From Ostrea edulis (lineage: Eukaryota), in contig NC_079172.1 in NCBI RefSeq assembly GCF_947568905.1, forward strand, positions 69,874,001 to 69,938,000: DNA of 64,000 nt, in the 5' to 3' direction. A program made the position numbers and the translations under genes. The notes beneath the pieces are model-generated. The model saw nothing but the letters and a program-made list of their open reading frames with translations, searched no databases and was not told the origin of the DNA. This document shows positions 25,401 through 37,260 of the stretch, in pieces; the stretch's first letter is position 1; each line of letters starts with the position of its first letter.

Positions 25401-28400
25401 AATTATTATATATAAATAATGTGTATATTTTTGGTGTAAAAATATTTCTTCTTGAAAATATATAGGCTTAAGTTCTCTTAGAGACAATACAAACGCAAGA
25501 ATATCGATTGCCGCTTTTTTGTACAACTGATATACATGTAGAACAAATCAGTTTTATAATGAATTCGTTATATTTGAATTATGAATTCGCTATAAACGTA
25601 CAGCGAATTACGCTTATAACGAATTTTTATAGAATGTCCGCAGAAATTCGCTATATCAGAGTTTTACTGTATTGAGTTTGGAGTTGAGTTAGATGTTTGT
25701 TCTGATTATTTTTGTTCATTATTATGCTGTGACCTTTACTAGGATGTTGACATGATTTTCAGGTTCCCAGTCTCAATGATACCCCTCTCCACTGCCTGGT
25801 CCCGAATTCTCTGGTGCGATACAGGTGTATGATTCAGGACATGTACGACCCCGAGTTCTACATGGGCGAGTACGAAGTGTCTGATGTCGCCACAAAGACA
25901 ACCTCGATGAAGTCGGGACTGTACAAGGACATAGCGGAATGCTCTGTTTGTACCCTGTCTTGTTATTCATTCTGATAATTAATACTCAAAGATAATTAGT
26001 CTGATTCAATATAAAATCTGCTAATTATATCTAGATGACTCAAATTAATTCAAAGGTGTGATTTTACTGCAGATTATTTTTTTTTTTCTGAATATATTTA
26101 TATTAATGTAACATTTGCATTGGGATTAGATGATTGAAAGGTCAATAAAACTTTGAATATCCTCTTCCAATATCTGTTTGCTACAAAAAGAAGTCTTGTT
26201 TACTTCAAGCAGGCTTTGTGTTTATCACACTTGTGTGATGTAGCTGTTGTGTCTTTTTCATATATTTTTTTTTCCCCAGAGAGGTTAGGCAAAATCGGGA
26301 TGCAGATTTTACATTTAGAAATTATGTAGAGAAAAATATGAAGATAAAAGCAAATGCAACAGACTCGTTGTATGAGATGAGATGTTTAGCACTTCTACAA
26401 AGATTCGTCATGGGCATGAAAAACAATGGACATTTATGGTTTTAAACATCCTTTCCCTAATTTCTGTAAATGAGGTATACATGTAGACTTACCATCATAC
26501 CATGCATTTCTGTGGACTGCTTATATTATACAGATATTTTGTTATTGTAGAAAAATCAAGAAATCAACACAGAATCTGAAAGAAATGTGACAATGGAGAG
26601 ACAGACACTGTACTGTGTGCCCATTCCGGGAGAGACGGACTGGGTCAAGTCAATATCCTTATAATGTCAAATCAGTATAGTTATAATGTCAAGTCAATAT
26701 CCTTATAATGTCAAATCAATATCCTTATAATGTCAAGTCAATATCCTTATAATGTCAAGTTAATATCCTTATAAAGTCAAATCAGTATAGTTATAATGTC
26801 AAGTCAATCGTTATAATGTCAAGTCAATATCCTTATAATGTCAAATCAGTATAGTTATAATGTCAAGTCAATATCCTTATAATGTCAAGTCAATATCCTT
26901 ATAATGTCAAATCAGTATAGTTATAATGTCAAGTCAATATCCTTATAATGTCAAGTCAATATCCTTATAATGTCAAGTCAATAGTTATAATGTCAAGTCA
27001 GTATAGTTATAATGTCAAGTCAATATCCTTGTAATGTCAAGTCAATATCCTTATAATGTTAAGTCAATATCCTTTTAAATATAATAGCAAGTCAATATCC
27101 TTATAATGTCAAGTAATGTCCTTATAATTTCAAGTCAATAGTTATAATGTCAAGTCACTATCCTTATAATGTCAAGTCAATATTCTTATAATTTCTAATG
27201 AGTATAGTTATAATGTCAAGTCAATATCCTTATAATTTCAAGTCAATATCCTTATAAAGTCAAATCACACTATAGTTACAATGTCAAGTCAATAGTTACA
27301 ATGTCAAGTCAATAGTTATAATTTCAAATGAATATCCTTATAATGTCAAGTAATATCCCTATAATGTCAAAGTAATATCCTTAAGTTATAATGTTAACAC
27401 CAACGAAGTAATCTAATTGTCAGTATATATTTTTGAGAGACGAGTAGAAGATTGAGTTTTTGAAGTGCAGGGAATGCAGGTATCACATCAGTGTGTTTTA
27501 TTCCTTAACTCTGTAATGGTTATTCAGACAAGACTGGTAAGAAAGGTTTTCCATCCTCCTCAGTGACCCCTAGCAGGTCAAAACGAGGATTGGAGGAGGA
27601 TAATGAAGCTCCGCTGGACACTCGCATGGAGGAAGAGATGGACAGCAAGATAGAGGACAACAAACGACCTCGAAGAGATGTGCTGGAAGGTAAAATTGAT
27701 TGTGTTTGGTGAAAATAATTTCTTACATTGGTAGGCAGTTTTTGACATGAGCATGTGGTATTGCAGTGCCAAACTCACTGCAAGCGAAAATACTCTATTT
27801 AAATCATAAACTGTTGTGTTTGTTGATGTATTTATAAACGTGTGTCTCCTATTGATCGAGAATATTATATCATGTACTTCACATTTGTAAAGTAAAATGT
27901 GTCTTTTTAGGATCAATACCTTGCAATAACCCTGATCTAAACTTTCCCTTGCCTGGAGAGAAAGGACTGCCATGTTTAGTAAAGGTAACCTTTCTTTATT
28001 TTGAGGAGCTTCTAAATTGCTAAAGTTTGTAAAGTATGTGCATTAGAGTTGTTCCAGAATTAAGGAGGTAAGCTACACCAGAGGAATTTGATATGGATGA
28101 AAAGTGGGGGATATGTACAACAATATTTTGAAACTGAAAACTTTCAAATTTACTTTATTTAGTCAAAAAATAGTTTTAGTTGAAAGCAATCTGAGAAAAA
28201 TTTAAAACCCCTGCTGGACTCGAACACGCGATCTACAGTTCAGCAGTCAACGTGCTAACCAACTCAGCTAGGCGAGAATTTTTTAAATGAATAGACAAAT
28301 ATTGCTGATATTTATATTTTCCACCATGTTTTAAAAAAAAGTCAGCCATTATCACGATGTAGAGTACCTCCTTAAATGGGGAGGAAAGAGGGGGCAGATG

Positions 28401-31267
28401 TTTTCTATACTCACCAATCATGATTTTATTTTCTTTCCAACCACCACCACCTACATATTTCATTTTCTGACCATATCAAACCACCTATTGATTGGTTGTG
28501 TATTGTTTAATGTCCCACTCGAGAATCTTTCACTCATACGGAAATGCCACCATTGCTCTCTATTGGTACAGAGTCTGGCTTCCTATAGATTAGGTCAATT
28601 GTTAATGTTTTCTGTCAGATGGAAGAAATTATAGCCGTAAAATTCCTTGCTAAAGACTTTGCATTCTTTTGGATGGAGGGTGTTTTGAGTTGTAAGAATG
28701 AATTGATAAATAAATCAACTTTGAGTGTTGTTTCATAATTTTAACTTAAAAACTGTTAGAAAGTTAGAATCGTGCAAATATGTGTCCTTATTGTGGAGAA
28801 TCAGAAAAGTGTTTAACTTTGGGTCTGCATCTTCCCAGCATATTCACAAAAATCACACAAAGACGGTGACTACATTCAGAACTGGTGACCTCTGGGGTCC
28901 CACCTTTGGGGTCAATGCATATTATAACTACAAATGGCAAATAAAGTCAGAAAGAAAATAATTCAGAAATCAGCATTTTAATGATATAACAGGTTAATTG
29001 TTCCAGATTCATCCAGAAAAGATGTAATATATAGTCACAAACATGCTATTTTTTACTGGCAGTTACAGCTTAGTTTGCCTTTCAGTGACATGAGAAGAGT
29101 GATAGTAAATGCCTACATTAAGTTTTCAGTCTTCACGAAAACATTTAAAATTTGCTGGCCAGTCGGACCAGTGAACTGTCTGAATTTACTGGCCCACAGT
29201 GAAATTTACTGGCCCCCCAAATTTTTATAGTACATGTTTATCACATACATTATGGAATGCATTGTAAAACTGTACAATTAATTTACTGAAACTATGGTTG
29301 TTACTCATATTCATATCCACCCTAAGACATCCTTTTTATCGATACCAGAAAAACACTGTTGTTTTCTCTCTTTCTCTTCGCCCGCAAACAACAAGACTAC
29401 AAATTCATGTATTTTTCACAAACATGATAACAGCCAAGTGCACCTTAAGAAGCAGCCTTCTCTACCAACATCAAAAGTAAACGGTTAATTCTATAAGCTA
29501 TAGAAATTGCATAAAATCAGAGATAACTGCAATTGACGAAGTTCATCTAATTGGACATTGTAATAAAGCAGCAATTACCGGTGTGCAGTGTGATACAGAA
29601 CGCGGCCATTTTTGTTGTTTCAACAAGTTGTTCGTTGAATATTCACATGATCAACGTACAAGTTATCTTGACAATTACAAGTACAGTTACCATAAGAAAT
29701 AAACAAACCACGATGTTCAAACACTTACTTTATGAGCTATTTATTGATTTATTTTTATTTTGACAGTAAATTTAAGCAAATAAGACGTTTAGAATATCTA
29801 AATCCAACACATATTTAATGTGACTTACAAAAAGTCTACAAGCCTATAGGACTTCCTGATTTTTTATTTTCACTGACCCAATCGTAAAATTCACTGGCCT
29901 CGGTCTTTGGACCACTGAATTTTCGTGAAGATTGAGTTTTAAGCATTTTTAATACCAACCATGCACAATTTTACTTTGGAACACTACAGCGATGGCAATC
30001 ATCTATATAAAATTTGAATTACCCCCAGGTATGCATAAAAAAGAAATGGTACTTGACCCCCACACAGTTAATTCTGTAACTCTGATAACAGCTCTTAGTA
30101 GAATTGATTGAAAACATACTAGTATATTGGTGATACTTTACAGGTTTACGAGGATATGGATGGTTTTGCGGTCACTGATATGATCGAATTTATTGGAGTT
30201 CTGTCTGTTGATCCTTCATTGGCTCATGTCTACGACGAAAACAGGTACAGGATATTCTGGATTTTGAAGAATTGGTGCATGTCTACTATCATAATGAGTG
30301 TAGAGGTGTACAGGTATTGGTTGTTAACGGGAATCACTTGGTTTAACAGGTTGGATGGCTTACAGAACAGTATAGAAGGTTATGAAGAACCGATGGAGGA
30401 GAGAAGTGCTCACGCTCCACCTCCTTCCCTGGTGCCGAGGCTTCACGCTATTATTCATCACAAACTGAAACACAATAATCCGCATGTACCCGCAGAAAAA
30501 GAAAAAATAGATACAGGTAGAAGATGATGAATTTATGTCTTAAAAATATAATGGGGAGGATAATATGCAAATGTTGGTTTTCAAATTTAATTTGTTTATT
30601 AGCTGTGTTTACATCTGTTGTAGATGTGAAATCTCTGAGGGCGGAAATCTCCTCATTACGACGTCAGATCCTGTCAGCTCTGGAACAGGTGATGCTGGGA
30701 GATTCTCTGGCAGCTGAATACTTCCTGTGTCACTTGATTTCTTCCGTGTAAGACTGTGATAATTTTATTTCTTCTGTACATCACCATATTCTAGACATGT
30801 TTGTGGAGACACACTCAGAAATTAACTTTACCTGATTTTGTGATACAGTAAAACATGTTGATGATGAACACACTTAAAACAAATTCATACTTATTGCAAA
30901 GTGATATATATTCCCCAATGAAAAAAAAATAGCGAAAATTTTATTGGATATAATGAAGTTTCGTTATGACGGAAGTGTTTTTCGCTGGCCCCGGAGGTTC
31001 CCTATAACCATGTTTTACTGTATAACAAAGTTTGGTTTTAAGGAATTGTTTTTTCGCTGGTCCTGGAGGTTCGCTATAATCATGGTTTACTGTATAATGA
31101 AGTTTGGTTATGGGGAACTGTTTATCGCTGGCCCAGTAGGTTCCCTATCGGTGTTTTACTGTATACTGGTAAATGCTTTCTTTGTTATGATGAACTGTTT
31201 TTAGCTCACCTGAGCTAAGTAAGCTTTTCTGATCACTCGTCCATCTGTAAGCTTTTTGCGTATTCAA

Positions 31268-31300
<33 letters not shown>

Positions 31301-32578
31301 TTGGCAAAAAGCATCTTTGGGTGAAAGGCTTTCAAGTTTGTTCAAATGAAAGGCCATGCTCCCTTCAAAGGAGAGATCATCACAAAAATGCAAAAATAGA
31401 GTGGGGTCATTTAAAAATCTTCTCAAGAACCAGTGGGCCAGAAGAGCAGAAATTTACAAGAAAGATTCCTGACAGTGCAAATTCAAGTTTGTTAAAGCCA
31501 TGACCCCTGGGGGGTAGGTTGGGGCTACAATAGGGGATCAAGTTTTACATGCGAATATATAGGGAAAATCTTCTGAAGAACCACTGGGCCAGGAAAGTAC
31601 AAATTTACATAAAAGTTTCTTGACATAGTGCAGATTCAAGGCCAAAATCATGGCCCCTGTGGGTAGGATGGGGCTACAATAGGGGATCAAAGTTTTGCTT
31701 ACAAATATATAGGGAAAATCTTCTTTTCAAGAACCATTGGGTCAGAGATATTTACATTTTCATGAAAGCTTCCTGACATAGGCCGCTTGTTTGGTGGCCC
31801 TGAAGGTTTTCTATCACCATGTTTTACTGTATACCGGTATTTGCTGTCTTTGTTCAGGTATGGAAGAGCTGATGTAATGCCGTTGGGCAAGTTCAGTTTG
31901 AATCTCACTCACTGCCCCCCAACAAATGAGTATGGACAACTAATTCACACTTTTATGGAGGCACTAACAACCAAGGTATCTATTGATTTGACAAGTAGAA
32001 ATTGATGATGTCATCATTAACTCTCTCTCCTTTTTATTTTGAGAGCAATGTCACTAAGACTAACCTTTTTAGCATTAGCATGGTAGTCCAAAGGACTAAT
32101 GACTATAGTGACCGGAACATTTTCCCAGTCCTGTATAGTTCTCACTAGTCCAGCTGCCAAAGACAGTCTGCTGAGGGGGAGGAGGGGGGTGTCCATTTTG
32201 AAAATGAAGCAAAATCCTGTGATTCTGATGAAATTTAGGATATTAAATGGAAATTCAATTACTCTAGTTTTAAGCATTTAATTTTCATGAAAACTACAAG
32301 TTGATGAAAAAGAATTCAAAACTTGATTGCATAGTTATTGTGTCTCTATAGAACAAGTCATTTGAATGCAGGCCACTGAACATTTTAAATTTACAGGCCT
32401 ACCTTGTGATCCATTGGGGAAAAATGTCCTCACATTTTATTAATCTTTCACATTTAAGCAGCTGTCTACTAACATGTGAAGAGATATTTTAAATCGGTTT
32501 TAATTAGCTCACCTGAACCGAAGGTTCAAGTGAGCTTTTCTGATCACATTTTGTCCGGCGTCCATCTGTCTGTCTGTC

Positions 32579-32617
<39 letters not shown>

Positions 32618-33423
32618 ATGAACCACTGGGCCAATTTCAACCAAACATGGCTAAAAGCATGAAGGTGAAGGGCTTTCAAGTTTGTTCAAATGAAGGGCCA
32701 TGTCCCTTTCAAAGGGGAGATAATCACAAAAATGCAAAAATAGGGTGGGGTCATTTAAAAATCTTCTCAAGAACCAGTGGGCCAGAAGAGCTGAAATTTA
32801 CATGAAAGCTTCCTGACATATTGCAGATATAAGTTTGTTCAAATCATGGCCCCCGGTGGTAGGATGGGGCCACAAGGGGGGATCAAAGTTTTACATACAA
32901 ATATATAGGGAAAAACTTTAAAAATCTTCTTCTCAAGAACCACTAAGCCAGAAAAGCTGATTTTTACATGAAAACTTTCTGACATAATGCAGATTCAAGT
33001 TTGTTCAAATCATGGGCCCCGAGGGTTGGATGGGGCCACAAGGGGGGATCAAAGTTTTACATACAAATATATAGTTAAAATCTTTTTCTCAATAACCACT
33101 GAGTCAGAAAAGCTGATATTTACAAGAAAACTTTCTGACATAGTGCAGATTCAAGTTTGTTCAAATCATGGCCCCCGGGGGGTTAGGATGGGGCCACAAG
33201 TGGGGGGGGGGGGGGGGGGGGGGGTCAAAGTTATACATTCAAATATAGGAAAATGCTTTAAAAATCTTCTCAAGAACCATTGGGCCAAAGAAGTTGACAT
33301 TTACATGAAAGCTTTCTGACATAGTGTAGATTCAAGTTTGCAAAGGGTAGTTTGGGCCATACTAGGGACTAAGGTTTTACATGCAAATATATATGGAAAA
33401 TCTTCAGATATGGGCCAAGGTGA

Positions 33424-33457
<34 letters not shown>

Positions 33458-35499
33458 ATTAATTAGATTGAACTTTACAAAGTTTTTGCTTAGTGGGCTT
33501 TTATTATACAGTGTCATTTTTTCCCGCTGTCCATTGAGAACATGAATAACCTAAGGCTGAGTCCAGAAAAAGATTACACTGCTAACCGACTGCGGAGTGG
33601 TCTGCTACAACTGTCAGCTGACACGTCACTGGTCATTGATGAAACGCAGCTTCAGCCGGGGCAGCTGGAAGCCACAGGTCAGTTAGCTGTTTATAGGTAT
33701 TTCTATAATACATGTGTTTTATGCATCAGTTTAGAGTGTATTTAGAACTCGGACGAAATATCGTAGGAAATGAAAATCCATTTTAGAATTATGTCAGTGT
33801 TTCCAATTATGGATCGAAATAATAAGAGTTCTGCTTTAAAAGAGAGGTTATAGGCTTGGCAGGAAATGATAATGTTAAACATTTTACAAGCAAGAAGGGG
33901 AGGGGGTACAATATAGACAGTAAGTAAAGACAAAGTTGTACAATTGAAGGTTGCTGAAAATGTTTATGATTTCAGGTGTGAAGAATATGACGGCTCTAGG
34001 AAACCTGATTAGTTGGCAGAAGGTGGAATATGATTTTCGCTTTCATAAACAAGATTTCCTGTCCAATGTATGTGTGTTCATCTTATCGGAAGCGAAGTCC
34101 ATCCTGCCTGTAAGTATGTTCTGTGAATTGGATAGTTCTGGGAGCTAAATTTCTTCTCATTCTAGGCCATTTTTTCAAAATTTGCTTGTTTCCCCTTTCC
34201 CGACCCTAAAATTCAGAAGGTCAGTAGACAGGTAAAAAGATTTTTTAGCCTTCAAAATGTTATTTGGTATGAAATGCCCATGACCATTAACAAAGCTTGA
34301 TACCAAAACGTCATGAAGCACATCATTCGGAAATTCAAAAAAAAAAAATCGCTAGAATGACAAAATAAACCCTTTTGGATCGGTGTGACTTTCTCGGACT
34401 TGGACGGGTGAGGGGAAACAAACAATATTTTTATTTGGGCCCTAAATGATATAAGGTTATGAATTCAGTGGAAGACCAGCAAAAGCCTGCTATGAATAAG
34501 TGAAAATGAAGTGGAACTATGGCGAGAGACAATGGTCAATATTTCATTATAATGAAACCTTGCCATTTTTATGCTGTCACCTGCTGGACATATAATGTTA
34601 CCCTTTTCCATCATTCCATCATACTATTATTTCTTGCATGTTAACGTTAATCAACAAAGCACTTTTGATAGTCCAAGTATAAGGAATAAAATAATACTAC
34701 GATTAAGCTTTCTTCAAAATGGTTGTTTGAAACCTATCGTAAATTTTTGGATTATTGCAGAGTGATTGCTTGGTGCCCTTGAACCCAGCCTGTGTAGTGG
34801 AAAATCTTCAGAGACACTTCTCACAGCTTGATGTGGTTCTGACCCCAGAATTTCTGGGTCACGTGAGAAGTTTCCTGACCATTTGCAAACTTCAGGAATA
34901 CACAATTAGTGATGATATGCAAAAGGTAAGTAAGATGTGTAGGTCCTATCTGGAAGGTAACATTGAGCTCTGTAAGCATTGTGGTGCAGTAATTTTCTGT
35001 TTAAAAAACTCTTGTACAAAAGAGATTAAGATTAGGAGTATGCTATTAGGAAATATAACGGGTACCGTTACAATGTTGACAATTACGAGGTAAAAACGGA
35101 CATTTAATGTTCACGCTGTGACTACGTTTCAGGCAATCCAGGATGATTTTGTGGAGATGAGGAAAGAGGACCACAAGTCTATGACAGTGGACGATTTCCA
35201 TACCTTGCTGAATTTAGTCAGGTTTGTAATCAAGTTTATAAATTAGTTGCAGTTTACCTTGTATTTTCATTTTGTACTGACGTTTCTGAAACGTACAATT
35301 TTTGTTTGCCAAGTTACTAAGTATCAAGAATAGTCGCTGTAGGTGAGAGGGTTGTATGTAGACATCTTTGCTTTTCAATGACAGGTTGTTATCGCTGAGT
35401 GCCCTAGAAACCTCTCCAACACAGAGTATGTGGGAAAAAGCAAAAACAATGGAAGCTGAAAGGAAAAGGAGGATTCTAATGTCAAACAACACGCCATGA
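22446..35499 (+). CDS. MCMBP: Mini-chromosome maintenance complex-binding protein, 15 coding exons
   Basis: Exons: 22446-22503, 23500-23579, 25763-25945, 26551-26652, 27518(or 27530)-27689, 27911-27984, 30144-30244, 30350-30516, 30603(or 30624)-30747, 31858-31975, 33512-33677, 33976-34109, 34761-34925, 35133-35221, 35385-35499 (TGA). All phases join. Hallmarks: [117 protein letters not shown]. Confidence 0.95.
23866..24735 (+). mobile_element. Internally deleted hAT transposon inserted into a SINE (MCMBP intron 2)
   Basis: BED-finger remnant [22 protein letters not shown] (~24150-24220) and C-terminal dimerisation-like remnant [12 protein letters not shown] (~24430-24470). SINE halves lie on either side. 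Confidence 0.6.
24843..25669. mobile_element. pogo/Tigger-type MITE with TA TSD
   Basis: TIRs CAGTAAAACTCGAATATAGCGAA and TTCGCTATATCAGAGTTTTACTG (21/23 match), flanked by TA on both sides. Confidence 0.85.
26644..27400 (+). repeat. 22-bp minisatellite built from the U12 5' splice junction
   Basis: The unit GTCAAGTCA|ATATCCTTATAAT alternates with the variant GTCAAATCAGTATAGTTATAAT. There are 18 exact ATATCCTT including the real site. Confidence 0.95.
26653..27517 (+). other. U12-type (minor spliceosome) intron 4 of MCMBP
   Basis: The 5' end is |ATATCCTT directly after ...WVKS. The branch point TTCCTTAAC is at 27501-27509. The 3' end is either TGTAAT| (27517) or CAGAC| (27529); both are phase 0. 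Confidence 0.85.
30843..31172. repeat. pogo-like MITE remnant with tandemly repeated right ends
   Basis: TACAGTAAAAC start followed by three ~70-bp units each ending (G/T)TTTACTGTATA. A fourth lies at ~31790-31832, beyond the Helentron-like insertion. Confidence 0.6.
31198..31782 (+). mobile_element. Non-autonomous Helentron-type element (HINE) with internal satellite-like repeats, 3'-truncated
   Basis: Starts TTAGCTCACCTGAG and has repeated CTCAAGAACCACTGGGCC cores; same family as 32504-33457. Confidence 0.7.
32504..33457 (+). mobile_element. Non-autonomous Helentron-type element (HINE), complete
   Basis: 5' TTAGCTCACCTGAA, (GTCT/GTCC)n microsatellite, tandem ~160-bp cores, 3' GGTGAGCGATGT and palindrome GGCCCATGGGCC-TCTTGT. 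Confidence 0.8.
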
Positions 35500-37260
35500 T
35501 GCTTGGCTATTTTAGATATCCACATTTCATTTGATAAACTTTTTAGGTCACTTGAGATGACCTATTGCGATTAGTAGTTGTCCATGATCTGTTAAAATTG
35601 TGAACATATTCAACTTCTCTGAAAACGCATGGTCATTTTTTATTTTGATTTTGACATGGAACAATTTTGGGGTTAAGGGTGCCCTGGAGCTCAAGAGATT
35701 GGGATCAAAGCAACAGGGATTGAGACTCTAGGGCAAATCTAAAGAGTGATAATATTCGTGTTTTGAAAGTCATCTTTATCTTTTACTTAAACTTCTATGT
35801 CTATGGTTATGAAGAGCATGAAAAATACTACCACAATTGTGGAATTCACGCCGTTCTATGACGTGTAGTTACTGAGGATTCAGGTAGCAGTAATGGTATA
35901 GTAGTAGTAGTAGTTTTATTCAGGCAGAACAATCATTTTGTATAAAACATCATCAAAATATAGATAAATAAATACACATGTTAATTGTATAAAACTTAGC
36001 ATACCCGATGTTATCACAGTCATTTTATCACAGTATTGTCATCACACACAAGATATTATCACTGCTGCATTATGTACTTATATCACAGTCTACCTAGGAT
36101 AACCCATTAAAGCAAAAATATTATTGCTTATTTCCAATGGGGTCCTTGAGAATTTAAAATTATATCTTTGTCAGTAAATAAATTACAATTGGATGGCATG
36201 GACAGCAATGTTTAAAATATGTTGGTAAATGAATGATATAGTGTAGCCTGAATAGAGTAAGATCAATGTACAATTAAAAACTTACAATGAATAATTAAAA
36301 GTGAATGAGGTTCAATTTACAGTGAAAATATATACAGTGCATGAAGTTTTTAGAATGCTTCTTTACGCATGGAATTTTGTGTATAAAATGTGGAAACCAA
36401 GGACAATTTATTTGCATTTTTAGAAAAATATAAAACGCCTTGTTTTATTGAGTTGTCTATTTAAAGAGATATTACTCGGATGACTGTTAAGGCCTTCAGG
36501 CCTATTGTTACATTTGTTAGTGTGATGATAAATGATATTTAAAGTGGAATAAAATTGTTTTGAAAACAAAGTTGCCAATGTTTGTCAGCAGATCTCCGTT
36601 CAGTGACTTTGACATATTGCTGTATTATATCGATTTTTCAAATGAGATGTAAAATTTTGTCCCGTGTCCGAGAGATCATAACCCTTATGACACAAAAAGA
36701 CTGTCATCATGGAATAGTTATGATAGAAGAAAAAAAAGCAGGCTATTAACCAGCCACCACAAACCGGATTCTAAAAGATACTTGATACAAACAAAATATA
36801 TTTGGTTTAGTTTGGTTATAGTATTAAAGTACAAATATAAAATTCCTGAAATAAAGGTAGATTTTCTATGCTTTTAAAAGGGTTGAAATGTATAACTATA
36901 TACAAATCCCCCATTGTTTTGGACTTCGTTGAGGAATATTAGAATTAAATTACATTCCAAATGGTATATTGTATTCAAATTTGGTTTCATTTTATGGTTT
37001 GGAAAGAGTTTGTTTATAGCAAGTGTCGGGAAAGAGAACACTCAACTTCCAAAGCCAGCATGGCTGAAGTATCGCGAACTTGGCTTAAAATATAAAATAA
37101 TTGCTATATAAACCTAATAAACTTACAATCAATAAATACAAAGTATGTAAAAACAAAGTGGCAACATCTGGATTAAGATATTGTAGTTTCATTTGCCCAA
37201 GACATTGTATGTAACCCATGGGTACCTCCATTCTCGTGGTTTTTGATGATGTGTATTTTG

